DNA of 64,000 bases, from positions 1,120,001 to 1,184,000 of the forward strand of contig OZ244034.1 in NCBI GenBank assembly GCA_965215185.1. Direction: 5' to 3'. Position 1 is the stretch's first letter, and each line of letters starts with the position of its first letter. The position numbers were made by a program, and so were the translations under genes. Origin of the DNA: Acidimicrobiia bacterium (lineage in GTDB: Bacteria; Actinomycetota; Acidimicrobiia; Spongiisociales; ZC4RG35). The notes beneath the pieces are model-generated. The model worked only from the letters and a program-made list of their open reading frames with translations, had not been told where the DNA came from and did no database searches. Shown here in pieces: positions 41,426 to 50,609 of the stretch.

Positions 41426-41612
41426 AACGGGTCCAATGGCCCTCCAAGAGATCAATAGAAGTGGAAACTGACAGGTGGGCGATTTCAAAGTTGATATGGA
41501 GATCGTAGATAGTTCTTTTGGCCAACCGCGAGGGACGTAGCGGGCCAACCATGGGAGAACGGCTCTTCGCCGCCATCACCGACGGCATCGCCTTAACCAC
41601 TCTATTCGTCAT
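41418..41612 (-). CDS. Small hypothetical protein, translationally coupled to thiN
   Basis: 64-aa ORF with GAGGAGG upstream; stop overlaps the thiN start (ATGACTGA). Confidence 0.4.
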   Translation of the reverse strand: MTNRVVKAMPSVMAAKSRSPMVGPLRPSRLAKRTIYDLHINFEIAHLSVSTSIDLLEGHWTRYD

Positions 41613-42006
41613 GGTGCACCCAAATACCTCCTCAAAACCTTACGTATCTCATAACTTTGTGCCCCTGCACGGTATGAGGCCTGAATGGTGGCGACCTGAG
41701 GAGCCATACCTGGCAAGAAGGCGGTGGGCATTCGGGTGGATCCTACAAACACGGAGAGCCCCGGCTGGGGAACCTCGCCGGGGGCAATGGGCTGTTGTAA
41801 CGGTACCTTTCGTAATCGCGCCACCGATACGCGAATCTGGCGTAGGTTTCTTGGCGAGTCTTATCGTCATTGACGCCTTATTCCAGAAATGAGGGTGACT
41901 TGTATAGGCTCTCTTGAGCTTTGCACCATCCCAAAAAAGATAAACCCGAGATCGTAATAACTTCAAATGACCCCTAAACACTGCCTATTTGGCACCTGAA
42001 GGCGTC

Positions 42007-43104
42007 GTGAAGGCTATAACGAAACTAGCTGTTCTGACCTCGGGAGGCGACGCCCCTGGAATGAATGCCGCCATAGTCTCGGTGGCAAAGGTGGCGGCTT
42101 CTGCTGGGGTAGAAGTGGTGGGGGTTGAGGATGGTTACGAAGGGCTGATAAACGGACATTTGCAACGTCTCGTCAAGGCTGATCCACGATCAGGAACTCT
42201 GGTGCTGAGCCCGGAGCTGGCTGGGGCGGGAGGACGAGGGGGAACCATGCTGGGCACAGCCCGCTGCCCCCGTTTCCAGGATCCCGCATATCGGGCCCGG
42301 GCAGCCCGGGCGTTGCGCCACGCCGGCGTTGAAGGACTTGTGGTCATAGGTGGTAACGGTTCCATGGCAGGTGCTTACGCCCTGTGGTCGGAGCACCGGA
42401 TACCCGTAGTAGGTATCCCAGCTTCAATCGACAATGACATTGGACATACGCGGGAGGCGCTGGGAGTCGACACTGCGCTCAACACCATCGTGGACGCTTG
42501 CGATCGTATCACTGACACGGCAAGATCTCATCGTCGAGCCTTCATTGTTGAGGTAATGGGGCGCGATTGCGGGTACCTTGCGTTGGCGGGAGCCGTGGCA
42601 ACTCGCGCCGATGCTGTTCTCCTTCCCGAGAAGAACCCCGAGCTCCACCAAGTGTTGAAAAAGCTGGAAAGCACCGTCCGTCAAAGATTCTCGGACCATC
42701 GGGAGAAGAAAAAGGTACTGATCCTCAAGGCTGAAGGGGTCAAGATCCCCACCCAGACACTGGTCACCGATCTCTCAACCGCAATTTCGGACCTGGAAGA
42801 CGTGGAAGTGAGAGCAACCGTTTTGGGACACATCGTCCGTGGAGGTGACCCCACCTTTCGTGACAGACTGCTGGCTAGTCGATTCGCCCTTGTAGCAGTT
42901 CAGTCGATTCTGGCCGGGGCGGCGGGTGTGATGGTTTGCTGGTCGGCGTCCGATCAAGGAGATCCAACCAGCGATGCGTTCGTAAGGCTATTTCCGCTGG
43001 ATTCCGTGCTTCGGGAGACCGAGTCGCTGACCGAGGGAACCTCCGATCTCCAGAATGAAAGGATCCGCCGTTTGGAAGCCATCCATGGCGTCCTCGCCTT
43101 CTGA
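42007..43104 (+). CDS. pfkA: 6-phosphofructokinase
   Basis: TSGGDAPGMN, GGT.LGTAR, GGNGS, PASIDND, EVMGR..G, LGH..RGG. Confidence 0.92.
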   Translation: MKAITKLAVLTSGGDAPGMNAAIVSVAKVAASAGVEVVGVEDGYEGLINGHLQRLVKADPRSGTLVLSPELAGAGGRGGTMLGTARCPRFQDPAYRARAARALRHAGVEGLVVIGGNGSMAGAYALWSEHRIPVVGIPASIDNDIGHTREALGVDTALNTIVDACDRITDTARSHRRAFIVEVMGRDCGYLALAGAVATRADAVLLPEKNPELHQVLKKLESTVRQRFSDHREKKKVLILKAEGVKIPTQTLVTDLSTAISDLEDVEVRATVLGHIVRGGDPTFRDRLLASRFALVAVQSILAGAAGVMVCWSASDQGDPTSDAFVRLFPLDSVLRETESLTEGTSDLQNERIRRLEAIHGVLAF

Positions 43105-43340
43105 TCCCCGCAGAGGCAACGGTCACCACGGCATTGCGTCTTATAGGAGGCCTAGGCAGCGGGTTCTAGGACAGGGTGCCTTACTGCTCCAGGGAGCGGG
43201 GAGGGGGTGGCCCACATTGTCATCCTTGCAGATCACTTTGGGCCCCAGCAGATTTCATTGAAGGCCCGTGAAGAAGAGAACAGCAACCGTTCACAGACTC
43301 GCGATGACAAAGCCAAGGTTCCGCTGGGATCCGGAGGCTA

Positions 43341-43368
43341 ACTTAACATAACGTTTTTATCTTGAGGT
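43341..43368 (-). other. Degenerate second dif-like (XerC/D) site, inverted relative to 43734-43761
   Basis: Perfect XerD-type arm TTATGTTAAGT on the minus strand (43341-43351); the XerC-side arm (CCTCAAGATAA) fits only with a 5-bp spacer. Confidence 0.45.
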
Positions 43369-43733
43369 CCTGGGTCGGCAGGGTCGGGTTTTGTTTCTGT
43401 CTCGTTTCTAAGCGGCAATCCCACACTCCGGGCGTAGGGTTTGCGTCTCCACCCGATGAGCCTTTGCACTCCGGTGGTCGGACATTCGCCTGATTCCGGC
43501 AGGTTCAGCAGTCCAGAGTGAGCCAATACCGTTTGCCGGGCGTAAATCCGTGAGAAGTGGTCTGACAAACCTTCCAGGCATCCGAAAGCTGTGTGGTTTA
43601 CACGGAGGCACAGGCAACCGGGAGGGTGGTAACACCATAAATATGGGGAAAGCGGGTTCTCGGGAACACACCAAGCCTTTCCAGATCAAGGGCCTGGACT
43701 TCCCGAGTTATATAAGGTCTTGCCTTTTCGGAT

Positions 43734-43761
43734 ATGTCCCATAATCACCGTTATGTTAAGT
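43734..43761 (+). other. dif-like chromosome dimer resolution site (XerC/XerD)
   Basis: ATGTCCCATAA-TCACCG-TTATGTTAAGT, an 11-6-11 layout resembling E. coli GGTGCGCATAA-N6-TTATGTTAAAT; intergenic; gene orientation bias flips across it. Confidence 0.75.
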
Positions 43762-43805
43762 AGCTGGGTGATACTCCCTCCAATGAGCGTATGTTTGTTG
43801 TCCGA

Positions 43806-43871
43806 TCTCACGATAGTTGGCAATTTCTCACGTACTTGGCCATTCGTCTCACAGAGTTGGCCAATGTCTCA
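43806..43871 (+). repeat. Tandem 20-21 bp repeats (TCTCAC..AGTTGGCCAAT-like), putative transposase binding sites
   Basis: TCTCA recurs at 43806, 43826, 43847 and 43867, followed by TTGGC in the first three units. Confidence 0.8.
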
Positions 43872-44003
43872 AATTCCTGTCAAAAGGATGGTTGCGTAAG
43901 GGGGTGAGGGATCCAAGTATGATCTGCCGCGAATTGAAGGATGCCTTCTCCAAGAGACTGCTCGCCCTTTAGCCATCGAGGTCCACCTCCGCGTCTGATA
44001 TAG

Positions 44004-44204
44004 TTGCTGTTGATGGGAAGCGAAGCACTAGCCGCGTGGGATGCCGTGACCGAATCTGACGAATGCACGGTAGCGGACATCGAAGAATACATGGGGGTTG
44101 TACCCGACCCCTCAGGCGACCTTGAGGCTGGCCGAACCGTTTTCCACGCCACCGACGAAGATTTTCTTGACTTCCTGACTTCACGGATGCACGAACCGGG
44201 CTAA
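44004..44204 (+). pseudogene. Probable gene fragment inside the relic element
   Basis: Acidic 66-aa frame that reads like a protein C-terminus, preceded by an in-frame stop; no good RBS. Confidence 0.3.
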
Positions 44205-44408
44205 ATCCCATCGGACATGGCCAGTGGTCATATCGAAAAAGGCGGGATCTTCGGTCAGGGCGGAGGGGGATGGCCCCGGGAATTGACTACCCCAACTTGC
44301 GATTCCAGTGCCTGTTGAGCATAGTGAGAGGTTGGGGCAGCACTCCAGCAACAGGGGGCGTCAGGCAGAGGATGCTGTGGGCGTTTGTTCACATTGATGG
44401 TTCGGGGC

Positions 44409-44864
44409 TGTCCTCTCCCCCACCGAACGCCAACCTCTAAATGCCCAGGCCATGTCTCACCGTAGTTGGCGAAATCTCAACAATGTGGCGAAATGTCTCA
44501 CGGTTTTGGCGAACGTCCCCTAGCGGACACGGGTCGCCGTTGGATAGCAGTCCGCTAATACAACTGGCATGGCGAACGCTCACTGTTTCCGTCGGGGTGA
44601 TCGACGGCGGGTTGGTCTATTTTGGGTATGTGTGGGCAGAGTTCCCACCCGAAATACTATTCAAGCGATAGTCGCGGGTTATCGCCGCCACATAGATATC
44701 CGGCACTATCCCCTCCCCCACCACTTGAACCGTTGACTGTCAAACCGCTCCCTCAGAGAGCGGCTCTCCGATTTCGCTAACTACGGTGAGACAACGACCC
44801 TTGGTTCCATCTCAATCCAGTGGCGAAACTGGGCGATTCCCGCCATATAGCGTGAGATCGGACA
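44409..44864. mobile_element. 456-bp MITE-like element nested in the outer relic, with 6-bp target duplication
   Basis: Begins TGTCC, ends GTGAGATCGGACA; CGGGGC on both sides (44403-44408 and 44865-44870); repeat units at 44455, 44475 and 44496. Confidence 0.55.
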
Positions 44865-45018
44865 CGGGGCAGTTGACGGAAGCGCTCAATTCTGAGTTTC
44901 CCCAACATCGCAGGACCTTCTCCGATTTGGCCAACTACGGTGAGACAGAGTCTTGGGATTACCTCTCACAACCATGACAAGACGGGGGAATTTTGGCCAA
45001 CTACGGTGAGATCGGACA
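44766..45018 (+). repeat. Two ~100-bp imperfect direct repeats (right ends of the nested elements)
   Basis: TCTCCGATTT(C/G)GC(T/C)AACTACGGTGAGACA ... GTGAGATCGGACA occurs at about 44765-44864 and 44919-45018. Confidence 0.75.
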
Positions 45019-45155
45019 GTGTGGTTTCCCTCTCCCCTAACCACCCGTCGCTGATGGTTGGCGCCTCACTCTGATGATGGCGTCCCCGGCGGAAGCGCCA
45101 CCGACCGCTTGGTAGGATGGGTGAACCGCTACGGCTTGAAGGAAGGCTTCCGTCC

Positions 45156-45893
45156 ATGCCACCACAGAACTCGCACCCCAGTCACATCGCGTTACTGGTG
45201 GATGGAGACAACGCACAACCGTCCCTAATAGAGCCCATATTAACCGAGGTGGCGAAGCACGGCAGTATCACCACCAGGCGCATCTATGGAGACTGGACAA
45301 CACCTCAGATGTCCGGGTGGAAAGACGTTCTGCAGACCTACGCCATCCAACCTATTCAACAGTTCCGCTATACGGTGGGAAAGAACGCCACCGATAGTGC
45401 CTTGATAATCGATGCCATGGATCTGCTGCATGCCGGGGCGGTTGATGGATTCTGCATAGTGTCCAGCGATAGCGACTACACCAGATTGGCTACACGTATG
45501 CGCGAAGAGGGACTCTTTGTGATGGGGATAGGCCGCATGCAAACCCCCAGCTCCCTGGTTAACGCCTGTGAGGTGTTTGTTTACACCGAGAATCTCACTT
45601 CGTCGGAGCAAAACCCAGAAGACCGGGCTACACCCTCACAACCCTCCAAGTGGATCACTACGGTTGGGATTGCCGTAGAGACAGCTTTAGAGACAGGTAT
45701 AGAAGAAGACGGCTGGGTGATCCTCAGTATTGTCGGTAGCCAGATCCGCAAACTGGATCCCGCATTCGATCCCCGGACCTATGGATACTCACGATTGTCG
45801 CTCCTCGTCAAGTCGGAACCTGACAAGTTTGAAACTAGTAAGAGGGCAATTGGTGGGCACAAACAGCTCTACATAAGACGGTCTTCGAAATAG
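45156..45893 (+). CDS. NYN domain (LabA/DUF88, PIN-like) protein with C-terminal OST-HTH/LOTUS domain
   Basis: LLVDGDN, RIYGDW, GKNATDSALIIDAMDLL, VSSDSDY, FDPRTYGY..LS.L. Confidence 0.92.
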   Translation: MPPQNSHPSHIALLVDGDNAQPSLIEPILTEVAKHGSITTRRIYGDWTTPQMSGWKDVLQTYAIQPIQQFRYTVGKNATDSALIIDAMDLLHAGAVDGFCIVSSDSDYTRLATRMREEGLFVMGIGRMQTPSSLVNACEVFVYTENLTSSEQNPEDRATPSQPSKWITTVGIAVETALETGIEEDGWVILSIVGSQIRKLDPAFDPRTYGYSRLSLLVKSEPDKFETSKRAIGGHKQLYIRRSSK

Positions 45894-46075
45894 GCAGACG
45901 TAAAAGGCTCTGCTCTGGAGGGTCGGAACCCACCACAAGCGATGGCACCATGGGCAGGCTCGAGTAACCCGCACCTCCCTGTCCCCTGCCACCGGCTCCC
46001 CTCTGCTCAGCCAAGCCCGGCAAGCCCGCCGCCTGTCGCTCTGATCCATCCATAACGTGTTCGCAGGAGAAGAAG

Positions 46076-46528
46076 CTAGACGCGGCGGAAAGCAATCACC
46101 GGGATCCGCCGGCCGGTTGCGGAGCGGTAGGTAGCAAAGCGTGAATTGGCGGCCACCACCCGGTCGAAGACTGCGGCTCTCTCTTCCCCTCGGGTGATAC
46201 GAGCCTCGGCGGTCAAGCGTCCCCCCTTCACTTCCACCGAAAACTGAGAGTCGGCGGCGATGTTCAGGTACCACGCCGGATGGTGGTCCTGCCCGTAGTT
46301 GGAAGCCACCACGAAGAGATCCGAAGACTCCTCGAATCGGAAATGCAGCAAAGGTGAAGACCGCCGCTTGCCGCTCTTACGCCCCTTGGTCACAAGGAGG
46401 AACACTCTTTGCCCATCCAACCGGCCCAGAAATCCGCCACCGGAGAGACGGAACAGAAACCGCTGCGCCGGCACGAAGAACCACGCGATGATCAAGCGTT
46501 GATAGGTCGGCACTGCAGGCGCGTTCAC
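46076..46528 (-). CDS. Deazaflavin (F420)-dependent nitroreductase family protein
   Basis: LLVTKGRKSGKRR..PL, VVASNYG...HPAWYLN, Y...T.R.IPV. Confidence 0.88.
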   Translation of the reverse strand: MNAPAVPTYQRLIIAWFFVPAQRFLFRLSGGGFLGRLDGQRVFLLVTKGRKSGKRRSSPLLHFRFEESSDLFVVASNYGQDHHPAWYLNIAADSQFSVEVKGGRLTAEARITRGEERAAVFDRVVAANSRFATYRSATGRRIPVIAFRRV

Positions 46529-46583
46529 AAAAATGCAATTATCCCTTCCCGGAACACCACCCACCCAGGCCTGTCCGGGTCTG

Positions 46584-48227
46584 CTAGGCAGACTCGATCC
46601 CGGCCGCAGTCTCCAGGCCCAGTTCGGCGATGGAGACCTGGCGCATCTCCACCTTGCGAACCTTGCCGGTGACGGTCATCGGGAACCCGTCAACGAATTT
46701 CACGTATTGGGGGACCTTGAAGTGGGCGATGCGGCCCTGGCAGAATTCCTTGATTTCCTCGCCGGTAGCTTCAGCGCCTTCCCGTAGCTTGACCCAAGCC
46801 ATCACCTGCTCACCGTACTTGATGTCGGGTACGCCGATTACTTGGACATCTTCGATGGCCGGGTGCCCGTACAGGTATTCCTCGATCTCCCTGGGGTAGA
46901 TGTTCTCGCCTCCTCGGATGATCATGTCCTTGATCCGCCCGACGATGTTCACATAGCCCTCCGAGTCCATCGTGGCGAGGTCGCCGGAGTGCATCCAGCC
47001 CTCGGTGTCGATCGAAGCCTCGGTCCTCTCCGGTTCACTCCAGTAGCCCAGCATGACCGAGTAGCCGCGGGTGCACAGTTCGCCGTCCCTGCCCCGCTCC
47101 ACTGTTTTGCCGCTCTCGGGATCGATGATCTTGATCTCGACGTGGGGATGGACGCGCCCAACGGTGGAGACCCGCCTCTCGATGGTGTCTGTGGTCATCG
47201 TCTGCGTTGACACCGGGGATGTCTCAGTCATGCCGTAGGCGATGGTCACGTCTGTCATGTTCATGTCGGAGATGACCTGCTTCATGACCTCCACCGGGCA
47301 CGGTGATCCGGCCATGATCCCGGTGCGAAGAGACGACAGGTCGAAGGACTTCAGATCAGGGTGAGCAAGCTCCGCGATGAACATGGTCGGCACCCCGTAT
47401 AGGCTCGTACACCTCTCCCCCTGCACCGCGGTCAGAACCTCCTCCGGATTGAATCCCGGGCCCGGGAAAATGATCGCCGACCCGTGGGTGGTGCACGCAA
47501 GGGTGCCCAGCACCATACCGAAACAGTGGTATAGGGGGACCGGGATGCACACTCGATCTTCTTCGGTGTAGGCGCACGCCTCACCGATGAAGAAGGCGTT
47601 GTTCAGGATGTTGGAGTGGCTGAGGGTGGCGCCCTTGGGGAACCCTGTGGTACCGGAGGTGTATTGGATGTTGATGGCGTCGTCGTGATGAAGGCCGGCC
47701 ATCCGCTCGGCCAGAACTTCTTCCATGCCGTCGCGGGCTGGTTCCATCAGGGCATCCCACTGGGGCGTGTCGAGGAAGATCACCCGCTCAAGACCGTCCA
47801 GTTCGTCCCGGACCTCGGAGATCATGGCCCGGTAGTCGGAGGACAGGTATTTCTGAGCCGAGACCAGTACCCGGCATCCCGATTGCGCCAGCGCATAGCG
47901 CACCTCGTGAGTGCGATAGGCGGGGTTGATGTTTACCAGGATCACGCCGACCTTGGCGGTTGCGTACTGGAGCCACACCCACTCCGCGCAGTTGGGGCTC
48001 CAGATACCTACCCGGTCACCGACCTCAAGGCCGAGACGGAGCAGACCCAGCGCCAGCCGGTCAACCGATTCGTTGAAGCTCCTGTAGCTCTGGCAGATTT
48101 CCTGGTGCATCGAGACTAGAGCGTCCCTGTCCGGGAACCGGGCCACCATCGACTCGAGGTTCTGACCGATGGTCTCCTGCAATAGGGGCGTCGCTGTGTC
48201 ACCGCTTGCGTACGCTAAGGCCGGCAT
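46584..48227 (-). CDS. AMP-binding acyl-CoA synthetase (FadD/ACSF2-like)
   Basis: [59 protein letters not shown]. Confidence 0.93.
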   Translation of the reverse strand: MPALAYASGDTATPLLQETIGQNLESMVARFPDRDALVSMHQEICQSYRSFNESVDRLALGLLRLGLEVGDRVGIWSPNCAEWVWLQYATAKVGVILVNINPAYRTHEVRYALAQSGCRVLVSAQKYLSSDYRAMISEVRDELDGLERVIFLDTPQWDALMEPARDGMEEVLAERMAGLHHDDAINIQYTSGTTGFPKGATLSHSNILNNAFFIGEACAYTEEDRVCIPVPLYHCFGMVLGTLACTTHGSAIIFPGPGFNPEEVLTAVQGERCTSLYGVPTMFIAELAHPDLKSFDLSSLRTGIMAGSPCPVEVMKQVISDMNMTDVTIAYGMTETSPVSTQTMTTDTIERRVSTVGRVHPHVEIKIIDPESGKTVERGRDGELCTRGYSVMLGYWSEPERTEASIDTEGWMHSGDLATMDSEGYVNIVGRIKDMIIRGGENIYPREIEEYLYGHPAIEDVQVIGVPDIKYGEQVMAWVKLREGAEATGEEIKEFCQGRIAHFKVPQYVKFVDGFPMTVTGKVRKVEMRQVSIAELGLETAAGIESA

Positions 48228-48352
48228 GTCTCTCTCTCGGTCGATGACCTCTCAGGGGACTATATCAGCCTGTCAAGAAGGGCCTCCTGCTGGTCGTGGT
48301 CGGATCGCATAAATACAAGCCGGGGCGCAGCCCGAAGCCTGGCAAAACGGGG

Positions 48353-48383
48353 GATTTCTCGCCAGGTACCGTGAGATAGGACA
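48353..48383 (-). repeat. Degenerate solo copy of the transposon-end motif
   Basis: GATTTCTCGCCAGGTACCGTGAGATAGGACA resembles the ends at 44864 and 45018. Confidence 0.5.
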
Positions 48384-48449
48384 ACTCATCCCGTGCCGAC
48401 CTCTCCCCCACCTTGACTATCCCCTACTGCTTCTTGGGCAAATTGGACA

Positions 48450-49343
48450 TCAAAGCGGCAGGCGCACTTTAACGGGGCCGCGGTTGGTATAGCTGGTGAT
48501 GGTTCTGGGGACTTTGAGCCGCTGATCGTATTCGTAGAGGCCCCTGACTGCCTCGAAGTTGTCGCTCACCACAAGTGCCGCAACTTCGTCAAGCAATGCC
48601 ACGGCCGCACGGCTTGGCGAGTGGCGGGGATCTCTCATTATGCCCCAGCTGTCCCATGGGAGCATTTCCACCTTCTGGAGGCACGCGAGATCGTTCACAA
48701 CGTTTCCCGCAATGAACCCCATCCCCCACATGTCCAAGATACCGAATGCCTCGGGATCAACCTCTCCAGACCTGGCAGCTATCCACGCCTCACTACCCGT
48801 AAGGAACCGTCCGGGTGGTTGATCGTAAGGATCAAGGTCGAGCCCCAGGACCTTGGCTTGCACCTCATCTATTTGAGGATCCTCTCGCACCCAACGTCCA
48901 CCGTCCCATCGCTCAGTGATCCAGTGGTCATACCACTTCACAGAATCGAAGTAACCGCTAAACCCACACCTCACCCGGGCTGGCACACCCTGAGATCGCA
49001 GGAATGCAACATGGATCAGCGTGAAGTGTCGGCAGACCGAGACCACCCGATCTAGGGGCGCTCGGGCAACCGCAGTCGTCTCTGCAGACATCTGGAACGC
49101 CCGGGCCAGCACCTCCGCAGTCGTTCGAAGGTTCTGCTCCTCAATGCGGACCGCATCCCCCTCCACCCCGTAAAGATGCGCCCAGTCAGGGTGAAGCAAC
49201 AGACCCTGAACCGTCCGCCTCACCTCCTCCAAGTCCGTTGGGAGATCAACCAAGGCCGGGTGATCCGGCAGCGTGGTCATCCAACTTGGTGTTCGGTAAA
49301 AGTCCAAGAGGAATCCACCTAGTTGGGTATCAAAGGGTGGCAC
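48450..49343 (-). CDS. Transglutaminase-like domain protein
   Basis: CRHF, PARVRCGF..YF, DHW..E.W, W...D catalytic triad pattern. Confidence 0.85.
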   Translation of the reverse strand: MPPFDTQLGGFLLDFYRTPSWMTTLPDHPALVDLPTDLEEVRRTVQGLLLHPDWAHLYGVEGDAVRIEEQNLRTTAEVLARAFQMSAETTAVARAPLDRVVSVCRHFTLIHVAFLRSQGVPARVRCGFSGYFDSVKWYDHWITERWDGGRWVREDPQIDEVQAKVLGLDLDPYDQPPGRFLTGSEAWIAARSGEVDPEAFGILDMWGMGFIAGNVVNDLACLQKVEMLPWDSWGIMRDPRHSPSRAAVALLDEVAALVVSDNFEAVRGLYEYDQRLKVPRTITSYTNRGPVKVRLPL

Positions 49344-50370
49344 GGGGGCTGACTCGCCGGTTTGCCCTGGCCTTTAGTGCTTGATGGATGCCTCTGTAAG
49401 GAGCGGCTTTAGGAAGAATGCCCTTGGGAACTTTGCAGGTAACGGTGTAGACGGTATCGCAGACATTTGCGATAGGGCTCAATGCAATCTGTGATACCAG
49501 TTGATAGGAATCCATGATCGACAGTTCAAGAAGCGCTGCGATCCACCGCACCATTTCAGTGAAAGCTATGCGAAAGGCATCCTCCAGGGGTTTGGTCGAG
49601 CCCGTTGTGATTAAGAATTCGTCCGTTTCAAGCCGTGGCCATTCGGTGTAACAACCTCGGACAACATCAACGATAAGAACAGTGCTCATCGCACACTCCA
49701 CCGCAACTCCGCACGCTTCCCCTTCCCCCTGCCTGGCATGGCCATCGCCGATGCTGAACATTGCTCCGGGCACGTTTACTCCGAGAAAACAGGTGGCGCC
49801 GGCCCGCATCTCAGGGGTGTCCATGTTGCCGCCCCAGGAACCAGGTGCGAGTGACAATCGAACTTCGCCCAAGGGGGGCGCAACGCCCACCGTTCCATGC
49901 ATGGGATCCATCGGCAGCGGTAACCGGATATTGCTGTCGAGCCCGCGAAAAATGACGAGTCGCGCCTCGGTGTCAAGGTCGTATATCCAAGTCCTCTCAT
50001 CCAAGGCGGGCTGGAGTGTCGCCGTGTCTCGACTGCTTGTCAATGCCCCGAAGAACGGCACAGTACTGCTCACACCCCACGATTCTCTGGGTTCAATGCT
50101 GACGAAGTGAATCGCCAGGGTGTCTCCAGGCTCCGCCCCTTCAACGAAGAACGGCCCCGTCTGGGGGTTGAGGAAACGGGGATCACATACTTGTGAAGGG
50201 AGATCAGCCGGTGTGCGCACCTGCCCTGCAAAACAGTCTCTGGTGGTGGTAGAGATCAACTGCCCGGCCTTTACCACGGCAACCGCATCCGCCCCACCGA
50301 ACGTGTAAACCAAGCTGGACGCTGGCGCGTCATCATCGGGAAAGAATTCGAAAAGATCAACCACTGGCAA
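49330..50370 (-). CDS. Acetamidase/formamidase family protein
   Basis: NPQTGPFFVEGAEPGD, PMHGTVGVAP, GGNMD, GDGHARQGEGE..GVAVE. Confidence 0.9.
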   Translation of the reverse strand: MPVVDLFEFFPDDDAPASSLVYTFGGADAVAVVKAGQLISTTTRDCFAGQVRTPADLPSQVCDPRFLNPQTGPFFVEGAEPGDTLAIHFVSIEPRESWGVSSTVPFFGALTSSRDTATLQPALDERTWIYDLDTEARLVIFRGLDSNIRLPLPMDPMHGTVGVAPPLGEVRLSLAPGSWGGNMDTPEMRAGATCFLGVNVPGAMFSIGDGHARQGEGEACGVAVECAMSTVLIVDVVRGCYTEWPRLETDEFLITTGSTKPLEDAFRIAFTEMVRWIAALLELSIMDSYQLVSQIALSPIANVCDTVYTVTCKVPKGILPKAAPYRGIHQALKARANRRVSPRATL

Positions 50371-50609
50371 AGCTCACAGCCGATGCTTGCCGCGGTCATC
50401 TGCAATGTCGCGGCTCGTCGGAAGAACCTGTGGGTATCTTCGGTTTATCGAATATGTTGGGAATTCCACCCGTTCAAGCATAGGTTCGACCGGCATGTCA
50501 AAGTGCCATGGACCGTCCTTCCTGCGGGTAGGACCCTCAACAGGATGCAGTTCTCCGGACGATATCCACGCCCATCTGATGGAGGCCGGATTGTCCTCGG
50601 TTTCAAGCC

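Larger units (their letters stand above)
43799..45018. mobile_element. Non-autonomous transposon-like relic with TGT...ACA termini (outer element)
   Basis: Terminal inverted repeats 21/23 identical: TGTCCGATCTCACGATAGTTGGC (43799-43821) versus the reverse complement of 44996-45018. Internal 20-21 bp repeats; no transposase; flanks only 4/6 identical. Confidence 0.55.

Noticed and set aside
41680-41850. TPP riboswitch near thiN (CTGAG..ATACC and GCGTAGG fragments)
   Set aside because: The fragments are on the strand opposite thiN, too far apart, and the ACCTGAT/TAAT core is missing.
43799-45018. Repeat arrays as a CRISPR locus or a repeat-protein gene
   Set aside because: Units are adjacent or irregularly spaced, degenerate and in both orientations, with no 30-40 bp spacers or cas genes. 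The 20/21 period does not keep a reading frame.
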